Assembly: GCA_002633005.1 (NCBI GenBank)
Contig: NMRA01000105.1
Location: forward strand, 372,001 to 436,000
Reading direction: 5' to 3'
Source of the DNA: Phoronis australis
Taxonomy: Eukaryota > Animalia > Phoronida
DNA length: 64,000 bases
Below are positions 27,601-57,947 of the stretch, piece after piece (the first letter of the stretch is position 1; each line of letters starts with the position of its first letter). Under the pieces are notes generated by a model. It saw only the letters and a program-made list of their open reading frames with translations. It did not search any database and had not been told where the DNA came from. The translations under genes were made by a program, and so were the position numbers.

Positions 27601-29717
27601 TTATTTCTGAGGAGTAAGCTTATGAAAGCCAAAGGTAGAGCCGATACAAAGGCCAGATTAAAAACAACTCCAACAATTCAGTGACATTTCTCCTACCGGA
27701 AATCGCCCACGTTGATACAATTGGAACAATTGCCTGACTGGGGTAATAAAAAATTGCATTGCACTACATGTCGACGTCCACATTCCATTAACACATCCAG
27801 TAGTACAAGCCCATCTAGTACCCAAGGTATTTCCACCCACGAGCAACGAGGAGATAAACACCTACATGACACCAGCTAACTCTTGTTCAAGTGGGCGAAC
27901 CTACTTTTTCTTCCACCGTAAGACTTGGAGATTTTTGCATGCGAGTCTGATCAATACATAGATAAATAGTATGGAATTACAGTAAATATTCTTTAGATTG
28001 GGAGACTCTAGAATTTGGGACACAGAAATTCAAGTCCTTTTTTGAATTTTCTTGATTTTGAAGAATGCGATATAGATGATTTTGGCATTCATCATACATC
28101 TCAAATATCTGACCCTGAGTTTTGTATCAACATGGTCTGGACTGGAAATGGACATTACAATTCTTAAAATCAGCAAAAATAGCACCACGGATTAAACAAT
28201 ATTTTCGTGTGACCCCAAATGGTATGTTTCATGACCTTTTGGCGTTCATCATAATTTTTGCCTCTGTTGCCTACTTCTAAAATTTGGTACAAGCTCTAAC
28301 TTTGAACAAAATCCTTAAATTTTCATTGCCTCAAACTAAAAATTTTTTACCATCGGTGAAAGTGAAAAACTACAGTGCTTTCCAGATTAAGTAGAAGGGG
28401 TCAAACACCGACTGAAAAGATTTCGCAAACAACATTATGTGTTCTGCCACTGTATGACGTAGTTTAAAAATTTCATTCAGGTCGCATGCCAAAAATCCTT
28501 GTGAGATAACACGCGAATGTTTAAAATACAACAGGTGAATAAAGAGATCAAATGCATTGTAAAGGTGATCTCCTGCATTGTCTACGCACACTGTGTGTCA
28601 CAGCGGTACAGTCTGCATACTTCCTAATTTTCCTATTCCTTTTTACACTGGAACAAAACATATATTAGTCACTTATATCAGTATTCCCTGAACACTTTCT
28701 CAGAAAAATCCAAAGAGCCATTTCCACACTTCGGTGAAGATCTTTTTTCTCTCCACCCAAATTTAATTGGCAGAGCTTGCACCATTCCTAAAAATTCCTG
28801 ACCAGTTGCCATGGTAGCAAAAACTCCAGCCCAGTCATTAATGAGGTTTGAAATGTGAGCACATGACTGCAGAGTACACTGACCAAACCTCAGCCACACA
28901 CAGCACCAATCAACTTTGTAAGGAAGACTTTTTAAATGTTTTTCATAGTGGTCACTTATGGCTCCCTAGTGTTCATTGTCACACACAATGGACTGAGTGA
29001 AAAGGGGTTTACTTCTGGAGACAGAGATTTATACAATTAGTCATATCAAAAAGTTAAGCTAAGTTCCCACCTGAACCCATTGTCCAACGACCCTGGTAAT
29101 ATAAGATAACTCACGTAATGTACTGTTCAACACTGAACTTGGTGAGAAAGATCACGCTAACTTCACAACAAAGATCCTCTTCGTGGTGGGAAAGGGCAAC
29201 AGACCAACTAAATGCGAGATTTCCTATATAACCACCTCAACAATTCAAAACCATAGCTCTATTCATCTCCGCGTATCACAGTACAACTTTTCCGCGTACA
29301 TGAGTCATCCACTATCAACCATTTTCATGAAATCAATTTAGGTCATAAACTTTACACTCTCTCATAAGTGTCAACAGTGATGAGAAAAAAGAATTTTATT
29401 CTCACATTCATCAGAGCATTGAAGTTTGAGGCAAGTGTAATATTTATCAGAACAGAGCCAACACATGTTTTATCGCTTGCAACCAGACACAACACTTGTA
29501 AAACTGCAAGAATAAAAATAGAATCAATAGCAAATAAAGATAACAAATATGTAGCAAGATAAAGGACAGAAAACGTGAAAAACAAAATTCATGAAAATCT
29601 CACACCTTCCTCATGAACTAAGAATTACATAAACGTCTTGTTTAATAATTTTTTTTCTAATATTCCATAAAACTTTTTGACAGTTCTGAAAAAACACCTT
29701 TCAAGTCATATGCTTAC

Positions 29718-29786
29718 CTAGAAATTTGATTACCAGTGGACCAAATCGGTTATCTGGTGTGGTATGTGCCTGACTCATTTTTGAAG
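29718..29786 (-). other. Candidate 69-nt plexin 5'UTR exon
   Basis: Strong acceptor tttttttatcag| and donor CTAG|GTAAGC on the plexin strand inside the long upstream intron; no transcript evidence. Confidence 0.3.
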
Positions 29787-32700
29787 CTGATAAAAAAAGA
29801 TATATAGCGCACGCCTACAAAATTTTTTGTAAAAAAATTTATCTTGTTTTAAAAGCCAGAGAAACACTCAAATTCATTCAGCTTGGCATTTGACATAATG
29901 GCTTGTCAACTCAGCTCCAATCACGCCTTAGAAATCCCATGAATCTGAGCCTCTGAGGTGTAGAAGTGTTCTCTTAGGCTGGTGCCCCGAAAATGTTTTC
30001 ATCATTTGTACAAAGAGCAATGTGCACGGTGTTAATTTTTCTAAAATAGCCAAAAAGGCACTTCATAGTACATAAATGGCTAATTAATAAAACTCGTTAA
30101 CTAACAATACTGCCAGACTAATGTTTCCATAAAGATAACGAGTATTGTCAACTTAATCATTTAATGAGTTTTGACCTGTTAGGAAGGCAAAAGGCTTAAA
30201 TTGAAATAATCAAGTAACTGACTTTCCCTAATAGTGAATTGCTGATGAATAATTCACAATGATTATTGACATCATTAAAGACCTAGCGCCAATTAGTTGA
30301 AACCAAATTCGCAAACTTCAACATGGAAAACTCAAGCTGACAGCACCTAATTTCCTGTCACTGTTTTGCATTTAGTAGAAACGGTAACTCTCTGTATTAG
30401 AAAACTTAAACAACACGAGTCCACGCCAAACTATGAACTGAAATACCGGGTAACAGTTTTCCGGGATGGCACTGCACGCCACAGGCCCAAGGGACTCATT
30501 TCATGAAATTTTTCATTTTTGTTTTGAGTAATAATAAGCACCCACATATCACAGCTGCAGACCCAGGACTGTAGATGTTATCAAGGTTTTTGATGCATGG
30601 AGGTAGTCTTACAGCAGTTATTGCTATGAGACAAGTACTCATATTTATTGCAGTAGTTGTTCTTATAAAGGGGTGCAATAGCAACAGTGATAATTTGCTA
30701 TTAGGAAAGTCTGCCTGGTGAGATAAACATGACGTCCTTTTACAGTGATTTAATGCATAATATGAGGGATAAGCCGAGTCCAAACTTAGCACAAGCTAAA
30801 GGTTTTGAACTGTATGGTTTTATTTCAGCCAAGTTTGTTTTAAACACTAAAAATAAAAAGCTTTAATTTCTTGGGTTTTTTTAAGTATCAAAAGCTATAA
30901 GAAAAGTATGTTTATGTGAATAAAATTTAAACTCTGGCCTAGTATCATTTGAAATTTCCTGTTTTCATTTTTTCATTACAAAGAATTAGTACCAAAGGAA
31001 GGCTTTTATAATTTTTAAGCTCTATAACACAGCAGCCATCGCACAATTATTTTAAAAACTGCAGGCATTTTAAACAATATTAGCTTATTCAAAATAAAAA
31101 GATCAGTTATGGCTAGGAACCAGTTCCTAAGTTATGGTAATTAGTTTTGTCAGAAATGGGTAAGATACTTTCCACACAGCCAGAACTATGTTCAATGCAC
31201 AGTTCACAGACATGAATGGGGCAGGCAGTAGACAGGATATCACCAGTTGTATGAAAGAACAGGGGAGTGCACAATGGGGTGCATACATAGTGAAATAGCT
31301 ACAGGCAATACTAGTGCTAGAAATAGGTAAGCAGCCAATGAAAGGTAGACGCCCCTTCTAGTTCTAGTCATGTACACAAAGCAGGCTGCAGTTCTTTTGA
31401 AAGGAGTACAGGATGAATTTGATGTAGGGTATACCCAAACCAGCTTTTCACAATACACCCTCTTTTTATTACTGTAGTATGTAGTACAAGGTTCTTCAAT
31501 TATAAATACAACAGATCAAAAAATAGAGTTGTATTTGTCAAATTCAATTTTAATAAATCTAGTTTCTAGTTTAACTACATTGTAAGCCTGGTATGAATTG
31601 TACCAATATTAAGTAAGTTTATTGTCTATAAATACAAAAACCTAGCGACCCTATGAAAAACTGCATAAATCTTGACTGTATTTCAAGTTGAACCACATAT
31701 GTATATCACCTGAAAACTGTGGAAAAATGTACATTATCAGACTGGAACACTTTGACCAGTCTTCTTGAGCAGGACTGAACACATATAACATAAGGCACTT
31801 GAAAAGGAGAAATTCCAATTTATTCTTTAAATGATCGCAATCACCATCACTTGACTTGCATCAAGTTGACCTTCACATTGACCAACCATTCCATTGATTA
31901 CTGAGACCTCCTGGACAAGCAAATATTATGACAAGACACCAAGAGCTGCCATAGCAAACATGTCTAGTAAAAATACACAGGACAGGAATACTCCCACCTA
32001 ACATACCTCACCACACAGGTGTGTTGAGTTGACTAGACAAGCAGTGGACAGGTGATACGATGATCGATAGATATAGCTAGAATTATGGTGACGACAGTCA
32101 CCGTCATTCACGTGTTGCGCCAGGAGACATCACCAGGCTTGCTTCTTCTTACAAGTTTCATTTTTTATACAGTGAAGATTCAACATTACCACTCTTCATT
32201 AAATCTCACCATGAGTTACATTTCCACTTATGTTAAAGTTTTTTACTCTTGATAAATGGATGTTTTTTTACCAAAGCCAATTCCACCGAATACAAACTAG
32301 TACCAATACAACCTAATCGCTAAAATTGCCTTTGAAAGGCAAATAACCTTGAAGCACACTTAACCAAAAATGTCATATTATGACATCCGCACAGTACAAA
32401 CAAAGCAAATACTAGATCAGCATTTTATTAATCTTTATTTTTGTTTAGAAATCGAAAAAAAATCAGTTATCAGCCATAGAGGGAACTATAGGGATGAGAA
32501 ATTAACGTAAAACCAGTAATCCATTATTTATTATTTATTTATTAACACAATATTTACAATGAAGGTACCCCATCAGTTCCCACAGCTTTCCATGGGGACC
32601 GTCAGTCATCCACTAGCAACCAGTCTTCCTGTTCTAATTTACAAAGGACTTTCTCTTCTCACATAAGTTAGATCATGTAACTCTATTAATATCAACACCC

Positions 32701-33814
32701 AGGCATTTCCACACAAAATAAACTCAAAGCTAGATCTTTACTTTTCTGATTATAAGCTTATCTTCGCTTTAGACAGGCACTGGATATTTACACCAGCAGA
32801 AGAATTTTAAGTGAAGGTTCCGCAAATATAAACAAAGGACTTTCCACTGCATAAAAATTATTCCATTCAGGAAATCCAGGAGGACATAAAACAAAGTACA
32901 TTCTCTGGATATCATCAAAAGCATTGTAGTGCCAACTTGTTGGCCCCTGTGCAAGACATTAAACTGTGACCTCCAAAGTACGGTAGAAATTCCATTCAGT
33001 AAGAGCTTATTCACACTCAGCCACATTAAAAATCAAATGTCCCATGCCAATTATTATGCGCTTTGGTAAACATGAGCCAAGAACAAATTGGACACCAAAT
33101 TGTCTCATTTGAGCAGTAAACAATTTCTTGATGGAAATTGGACCCTGCCAGAATATAGACTGCACAAACAAGAGGATAGGCTTGATTTTCATTCAATGAA
33201 AGAATGTGACAGATTTAAACAAGTGTAGTCAGGCACATTAGACACTGTAACAGGGCATATCATTTCCAAACAGTTATGTAAGGCTGGTGGTCAAAGAAAA
33301 ATAGAGGCACACTGTATTTCAAATTTGACCCCGCCTTAAATGGATCTGTTTATTTGCCACACACTGGGTTCTATGGCCTTCTCTGCTCAAATTTACAGCT
33401 CCATGGATTAACACTCATGGGTCCTCACAGTTTAGGAAGTAAATTATTGCCAGATGTATGAACCATGTGACAATTTAACCAGATAAGAGCTTAATACACT
33501 CACATTGGTAACCAAAAATAAAAATGAAAAGTGAAAGTTTGGTGTTAAAATCTCACATTTGCATTAATAAAATTGTGAACATAAACTAAATGGTTGAAAA
33601 ATGTAACGGCTCACAAACTATCCAGCTATAACAATAGTTATAAGTTACAAAGAGGTTGCCAGTCCAGTGGTGGTACTCACGCTGAACAGCCCACTTGTAG
33701 GGCGATAAGTATAAACCAAGGAATAAGAGTCTTCAATGACCTGATTAGTCATCTATTTTAAAAAACCTCTAAAACCAACAGACTTCCAATATAGTTCACC
33801 TATGAATGACCAAC

Positions 33815-34708
33815 AGCGCCCTCGGTCACTGTGCCTTCTGAGAGGGAAACTTCTGACAGGGAAATTTTTTGGGGTGTGGGAAATTTTTTAGGCAAGGAGA
33901 ACAACATTACGACCCCCCCCCCCCGGACAGCATCAATTAGTCTTCATAAGCTCTACCTAAAGTAATTAAATCTAACATTTTGTGCTGTTTCAAAACAATG
34001 CCTGTATAAATTAGAAGTGATTTAAACTTCAAGGGCAATTTTCCTTGATTTTTAAACATTTTTCAGAAAGGAATGGAGCCAAAATTCAGCTAAAAAATCA
34101 ACGGACAACTTAGGATTGGAGCATTTCCCACTCTATTATACTACTCAGGGGAGATAATGGGAAATCTAAAGCTACTAACCTGGACTGGTGAAACAAACCA
34201 TGTTTATTCTATTTACTTCACAATACGAAATCATACAACCTGGTGTGTATAGGTGAATGCTAGACTACAACACCAGTTATGTTATAATAAACATAACCAT
34301 ACACCCAATGTGTCACAACTAACAACAGACCACCCACTAATGCCAGATATTCTTGACTGAAAGCTATGTATCCCTCTCCACAATCAGAGAGTGGATTCAA
34401 CTTAAAAAAAATATAGGGCCATTGACCTCTCAGCATTGGGGCCAAATATCAGTCCTATGCCCGCTCAAATATTCAAAAATCTTGCAAAATTCCCCTTATC
34501 AGATAAAAAAATTCCATTCTAAATGATCTAAAATTCCCCTTATGGCATAAATATACCAATGTCATAAAAACAGTACAACAAATAAACATAACAAAAATTC
34601 CCACATTAGCAAGAACAGCCCAAAAGTTCCCCACCTAGTAAAAGTGCCGCAAAAATTCCCTTTTAAGAAGCTAGAGGCACCTTTCCTCTCATGTGAGTGA
34701 GGACCCTG
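33815..34708. mobile_element. Two oppositely oriented degenerate copies of the same hAT-like MITE family
   Basis: About 33815-34130 forward (GGGAAATTTT arrays); about 34415-34708 reverse (AAAATTCCC arrays, ends GCACCTTTCCTCTC...GAGGACCCTG). Confidence 0.45.
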
Positions 34709-35732
34709 ACATAGCACTACCTAACTGTATTATAAAGTACAACTCCATGCACACAATAAAAATAATTCCTTATTTGTTGTCTACACCTTATGGTCCGCAT
34801 ATCAAAATAAAAATATTGCGAGTTCACTAATTCCCAGGGGTTAGTAACTTTCTCAACTAAGGAGTGATTTTCCAGACACCTACAAATCGCTTACACATCT
34901 ATCAAGCATTTATTTATCGCTATTTAGGCCTTTTCCTAAACTCCAAATAACACATTCAACACAGATTAACACATTTTCTGCATTCACTCAGCTCACAGTG
35001 GAAGGCACCAAAGCCCAACTAATGAAAAGGAGATTATTTCCTGGATTAACACAGCTCAGTTCTGGGTCCAAGCCAAAATGCAATGCTTAGCTTTTGGCTT
35101 CAGTATAGACTTCATTCATAGGGTATTGTAATGGAAGCCATGTCCAAGAAAAATCTAGATTATTCTAAATGCTAAACAAACCACCAAGGCTTATAATATT
35201 TACTACAGGAAAACCTCATCCTTAATACCATGTGATCTGAAAGGGCCCTGATATAGCAAGCTAGATATCAGTACCATCTATGATTTAGAAAATAGGACGA
35301 AAACATATGGTAAAATCTGACCAATTTCAGACAAAAACGGACAAAAGTAACTTTGCCCATTTTCTGTTTTCAAAGGCTTTCAACACTGATATGAATCCCC
35401 ATCAATTTTCAATAGATTAATTGGTGGTAGGTGTAGTACAGAGTTCGAACACGGAAAAGCACAAGTATGGTGCTTTATGAAAAAATGAGAAAGTGAAATT
35501 TCACATAGTAATATTTAGTCACAGAAAATGTTCACAAATTATCCCTTAAGGATATTTCCAACCTTATTCACAAAAATGGGCCATTTTTACAATATTTCAC
35601 TTGTGTCTAGCAAAATACCTTTTCTTCATTCTCGGGGAACTTCAAATACGAAATATATACTGCGTAGCGAGAAAAAAAAGATTTAGCAGAACCACCTTGG
35701 AACCGCACAACCGCGTGGATATTTGTTTACCA

Positions 35733-36164
35733 NNNNNNNNNNNNNNNNNNNNNNNNNNNNNNNNNNNNNNNNNNNNNNNNNNNNNNNNNNNNNNNNNNNN
35801 NNNNNNNNNNNNNNNNNNNNNNNNNNNNNNNNNNNNNNNNNNNNNNNNNNNNNNNNNNNNNNNNNNNNNNNNNNNNNNNNNNNNNNNNNNNNNNNNNNNN
35901 NNNNNNNNNNNNNNNNNNNNNNNNNNNNNNNNNNNNNNNNNNNNNNNNNNNNNNNNNNNNNNNNNNNNNNNNNNNNNNNNNNNNNNNNNNNNNNNNNNNN
36001 NNNNNNNNNNNNNNNNNNNNNNNNNNNNNNNNNNNNNNNNNNNNNNNNNNNNNNNNNNNNNNNNNNNNNNNNNNNNNNNNNNNNNNNNNNNNNNNNNNNN
36101 NNNNNNNNNNNNNNNNNNNNNNNNNNNNNNNNNNNNNNNNNNNNNNNNNNNNNNNNNNNNNNNN
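35733..36164. other. Assembly gap (432 N)
   Basis: Run of n. Confidence 0.99.
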
Positions 36165-37865
36165 CCTTAACAGAACTGTTTATTAGTGAAAGTCAACAAG
36201 CCATGCAGTTGAGATTAACAGTTACTGTAAGTGCAAATGCATTTGTAATTGTAACTCAGCAAGGTATACTTTACCTTGGATATTCTGTTACAAATCAGAG
36301 CCAGTTGAATACAAACCATGTCAATAGAATCTACAACTTACGCACACAATATGGCTCACATTAAAGAAATATTACTTTGTGAAATGTCACCACAAAAAAT
36401 AAAGATTAAGAAATATTTAGTCTTATTACTAACTTGGTTTGTACTGTGCAGAAGTATTGAAAAACAACATTTGGTAAATTGTGCATAGTCTGCGGCAAGA
36501 TAACCTGCTTTCGAAAAAATAGAAAAATTACTGAAAATGGTTGAAGAATCATTGAAGAATTACAATAATCAGCCAGATGATACAATGATGTAATAACGGC
36601 GTCAAGAACATAAAATCTTAGGATTCAGTTCTACTGTGATGAGTTGGCAAGACAATAGCAGAATTGTAAAATCTAAAGAAATCAACAGCATCAAAAAAGA
36701 TCGAGGAGAGTCTTTGATTGGTCAAGGCAAAATTAATTCACAGCTCCTGTGTGCAGGCGAGACCACACCAGTGTCAAGTGGCTTTTGCTCGATGGTAAGT
36801 TACTATGACACTGGCACAACTGAATTAAATTACACCACTGACTAATTATAAAATCAAGGTACGTGTAGTTGACCTTGACCTCCAACTTGTTGCATAGGAT
36901 GAAACTGGTGATGACCTAAACCCAAAAACTAAGTTAATTCAAAAACATACAGAGATAAACCACAACGACACTGCAGCTTAGACATAGTCAACAGTCTGAC
37001 ACCAGACAGGTACAGGCGACATCAATTATTCACAGTTTGAAATTCACACAGTATGAGATCTTCAATTTATCAAGATAATGAATGTAGGCCTCTCATTCCC
37101 AGGTTTATCACACCTAGCCTGATGTGACCCTCAAGAGCACTTTTCTAAATAATATAAAATAGCACAATTGAAAAGCCAAATTCAAAAGAAGAGATAATAT
37201 CAAGGATCATTAGTCATAACAAGCTTCCTGATCTTTCACACAGTAGGCTACAATGTACTCGAGTGACCTATACATTTGAGCAAAACATCACAGGATTTGT
37301 CTGAATCAGTGAATCAATCCGGCAACAACACTGGTAAGATTTATAGCAGTCTCTGCTTTAGAGAATAAAGCATTCACTGAATAATGAACCTGCTATTTAG
37401 TGGATGAAACTGGTTCTCCAGACCAGAGACCGCAATATTCAACTAGAGCTCCAGTTTCCAAATGGCGTAAACAAACCATAGCAGGCACAAATTCGGTCAA
37501 TATTCTTAAACTTTAATTTGAAGTTTCACCAAAGCACACATTGCCGTAAACACACAGCCGCAGGAAATTACTTTAGGCATTTGTGTAGGCTGAAAAGTTT
37601 GTAACTGTTGGGTACTTTATTTTAAGTTCATTGACCCACCATTCATAACCGGGAGTGAAACCTTTCGACAAGTCCCGAGACAGTGACGTACTGTAGTGAA
37701 GTTGGACGAGGATAAATAAATCACCGATAAAGCTCTGTCTACGTCTCATCATATCAAAGATGTACTCACTATGGACTTCAGAGTGATCATATATATTCTT
37801 TAGATGTAGATTTTCAGTAATTACAAGCAATCGAGAAGAGATTTTGAGAGAAATTTGTACAAGTA

Positions 37866-37970
37866 ACTTACCCACTTGTGGATTTCTTTCGACACTCCTT
37901 GAACTGACCGGATTAAATTACGCATGCGTGAAGACTTACCTATGGCGCTTGCGACATCTATTGGGCAGGT
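37866..37970 (-). promoter_or_regulatory. Putative plexin promoter / non-coding first exon
   Basis: Two GTAAGT donors on the minus strand (37871 and 37939), locally CpG-richer sequence, CGCATGCG (NRF1-like) at 37921, ATGGCG at 37942, CTCF-like motif at 37951-37965; faces away from the SARS1 promoter. Confidence 0.4.
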
Positions 37971-38151
37971 GAATCACTGAATGCACAAACTTGAAGTTTC
38001 GGAGCCAACGCTGAAGTGATTAAAAGTTACATTTCCCCTTTTTAGATGTCTCAAGACGAAAATTAAATTAATTTTTACTCTCATAAAATCGCTCGTTTAA
38101 TATTCCTTACCGTGATAAAATTTCCAATGAGATCTCGGGGAGTCAGTCATA

Positions 38152-38385
38152 TTGACAAGGTACACGCAGGCGTGTACAAAAATATATTGCGGGCCGGGGT
38201 AGGCGGTACTTTTTCAGCAAGTTTTGCGGCACCCGCGTGGAGTCCAATAGGCTCCTAAATTTCCATTTCGTGGGGGTGAGGCAAAAAAATCTACTCCGCA
38301 AAACGAGGTGGTATTAGTAGACCTGGCACCCGCAATAAGGGGCCTCTGAGCAATTTTTGGTACACGCCTGCGGGCACCTTGTCAA
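38152..38385. mobile_element. Foldback MITE in the plexin-SARS1 intergenic region
   Basis: About 32-bp inverted repeat TTGACAAGGTACACGCAGGCGTGTACAAAAAT / ATTTTTGGTACACGCCTGCGGGCACCTTGTCAA. Confidence 0.7.
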
Positions 38386-38712
38386 CTAATGAGATAAAAT
38401 ATAACACGTTACTTCATTGGAATTTTCATTACAAACAAGAGCATTGACACCATCAATGACTCCAGGAAAAAGGCTTAAAACTATTAATTAAGAGTTGAAC
38501 AACCTTATGTGATACCCAACTACTGACACTAAGATCTCTAGATTGACACGTATTCTCTTATTATTCGTTTGTTTGACACGTGGATATGTGTTTAGAAACA
38601 TGATATGGTAATATCAAAATAAGGCTGATATTGGACTCAATGTTCAACGGAACATTTGTACACCAGTTTCTCACTCCCTGGAAATGTCGAGGAAAACCAA
38701 ATTGATTGAATG

Positions 38713-39394
38713 TTAAAGGTTGTTTCTGAGCTTGGTTTAATTTACACCCTTTCTTAATTTAAATTAAAAATGAAGGCGATCGTTGATGAATCTTTGCCTG
38801 GTGAAGAAGAGCACGACTATTCCACTTCGCCGCTCAGTCACTCAGTGCGTTCTGAACGAAAAAATGTAGGTTTGAAGCTAGTAAACTAAAAATTTAACAC
38901 CTCAAAGTCCGCCATAAAGGTGATTGGTCCGACAGTTGCTTGTTTTTTCAAGGAAAGGCGGCTCGTTGAAATTGTTTTGAATTTAGTAACTTGTGCGTGG
39001 GCGGCGCGGCGCTGAAAAAGGTGGGGGTCTACAACGCTTTAAAAATCTGCATTTTATCCCCCTAAAAATATCCGGGGAAATCTTTGAAAGTACGTCGTTT
39101 GACACAGTTGACTAAATGCGGAAATGGAATTAGTCCTTTAATTCTCATACATGTAAATTTCTGTTACCAACAAGAGTATCATTGAAACCACTAGCGACTC
39201 AAAAACATGGTTTGGAGTTTATTGGGGTTCTTCAATCCTAAAATTCCGAATTCGGACATGCGCACTTCATGTGGCTGAGTTGGAAACAGAAATGAATACA
39301 GTGAAGAATACCATGACGCCGACTTTATGAGAGAAAAAGGTCTAATTCTATTTTCGTTTTTGAGCCAACTTAACAAGGCGAAATGCAGCTTTAA
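38713..39394. mobile_element. Possible old TTAA-bounded (Kolobok-like) element
   Basis: TTAAAGGTTGTTTC ... GAAATGCAGCTTTAA imperfect inverted termini. Confidence 0.3.
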
Positions 39395-39403
39395 ATGTAC
39401 TCT

Positions 39404-39514
39404 CTGTTGAACTGCGTCAATGTGCTGTTGAACTGCGTCAATGTGCTGTTGAACTGCATCAATGTACCGTTGAACTGCGTCAATGTGCTGTTGAACTGCG
39501 TCAATGTGCTGTTG
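39404..39514. repeat. 21-bp minisatellite x5.3
   Basis: Unit CTGTTGAACTGCGTCAATGTG, contiguous, no spacers. Confidence 0.9.
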
Positions 39515-40069
39515 CAGTTTTACTATTTATACTAATAATTGTATCATTTCTTCTGAATAGACAAAAAATGCAACTGAACTAATTTCTAAAGTGGGAATAA
39601 ATAAAAATAAAAGAGAAGACGTATCAGATATTTTAGTTTTACTTTTTGTAAATCGACTTCGGACTATTCAATGTACGTGTTCTCATTCGCGAACATCAAG
39701 TATATATGAACAACTTAAAGCGGTGGTCATTGCAGGTCTTCTAGTTCACGGGACGCATTACATAAGAGTTTATTCGGTATACGTCAATAATAAAACATCT
39801 TTATTCGCTTCGAAATGTCACTATTGGGGCTTCCGTAGAAACATTTTCAAGTTGTTGTAGACTAAAATGTTTAAAATTTTGACAAGACTCGAATATATTC
39901 TTTATTGTCAGCTATGGTGTGAAACCATATGGTAGATACAATAAAAAGGCCTAGTACTGGAATAAAATTACCAAATTAATGTCTATTTTGAATTGTTTGT
40001 TCACGTTTTGAATCAGTTTTGCACACGGTTTTCCTAGCGAGTGTTACGCGTTTCACTTTATTCACACAT

Positions 40070-40164
40070 AAAGTGGACGATAGATGGCGGGATTATGCTA
40101 ACCCGGAAACAAACTTTGCGCATGACCACATTTGCCACATTTGCCGGTGACTGCGAGCGCAAAG
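40070..40164 (+). promoter_or_regulatory. SARS1 proximal promoter/5'UTR
   Basis: TAGATGGCGG (YY1/CTCF-like) at 40081, CCGGAA (ETS) at about 40103 and GCGCATG immediately upstream of the ATG; housekeeping-type motifs. Confidence 0.5.
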
Positions 40165-56903
<16,739 letters not shown>

Positions 56904-57399
56904 TGGAATGTGTCTGCTATCATGTAGTATTTAAAATTGTCTTCTTGTCTTAATAACCGACGCACAGTGCTTATGGGTCAAAACAGATTATTTAATAATC
57001 TATTGCAGAAACTGTTATTTCCTCGTACAAAAGAGTTGCCAAAATAATGTTTTCAGAGACAGGTTATATTGCAGCAACAGCCAAAATTTTACCTAGCGTT
57101 GTTTCCTATCAGCTGTATGGTAGAGACCACTATTGAAGAAGTTTGGCTTTCGAATAGGATTTCTTTGAAATAATATCCATCTGGTGAGGCCAGGAGGAAT
57201 CTTGTTTATTTGTTCATTAGGTTAGAGTTCCTGATGGTCTGTTGGCAAAAAAAGCAGTCACACAAATTTCAATAGTTATCTTCTTTTGTAAGTTTTAATC
57301 CACAAGAGGAGGTGTAGTTTTACATGACCCTGATGATATTTTGAAATCAACAAGACAGTTACTAATGAAATACATATTGTAATACATGTACCAATATAA

Positions 57400-57405
57400 A
57401 ATAAA
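57400..57405 (+). terminator. Putative SARS1 polyadenylation signal
   Basis: First canonical AATAAA downstream of the stop codon (about 500 nt). Confidence 0.5.
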
Positions 57406-57872
57406 TGGTCACATAACATCTCTGTAATGATTGAGTTGACAAAGAATCAGAAGAATTCTTGATGAACATATCTCAATAGACAGGAATGTTCAAAAATGAA
57501 TCGTTTCAGAAGTAAAGTATTACAAAAGTTTAAAAATACATATATTTGATAAAAGCACATAGAATGTACAAGTAAAAAGATAAAAGAAGTTTGGTCCAGC
57601 CAGAACTTCATTAAATATGGAATGCAGATACTTCCAGTTAACAGTAATAATGCTTTTCTGCGTTTTCTGAACTAAACTTCATTTAGAGTCTGTAAATTAT
57701 ATAAAAAAATTAAAAAGTTACAGTATAAAGCATCCACTTAATAATATAAGAGTTTGCAACAGGAGTCTAGAATATAGTTTCATAAGCTAACACAGTTGAT
57801 CCATAAAGATGAATCTGTGTAGTTTCAGGCAAAAACAATCGCTCTGCTGGCAACATTACCAACAAAGATATC

Positions 57873-57947
57873 TCAAGCAACAGGAATTCCATTTACAATT
57901 CTCAGCTTGGCTTGGGCTTTAGCTTTATCACTGGACACGGTTATGAC
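57873..57947 (-). CDS. C2-domain protein, terminal exon
   Basis: tacttgtag|VITVSSDKAKAQAKLRIVNGIPVA-TGA; phase 0, compatible with the preceding exon. Confidence 0.7.
   Translation of the reverse strand, partial: VITVSSDKAKAQAKLRIVNGIPVA

Noticed and set aside
35601-36364. Long ORFs of 189 and 213 aa
   Set aside because: Artefacts of the N gap.
39404-39514. CRISPR-like array
   Set aside because: Units are contiguous with no unique spacers, there are no cas genes, and the context is eukaryotic.
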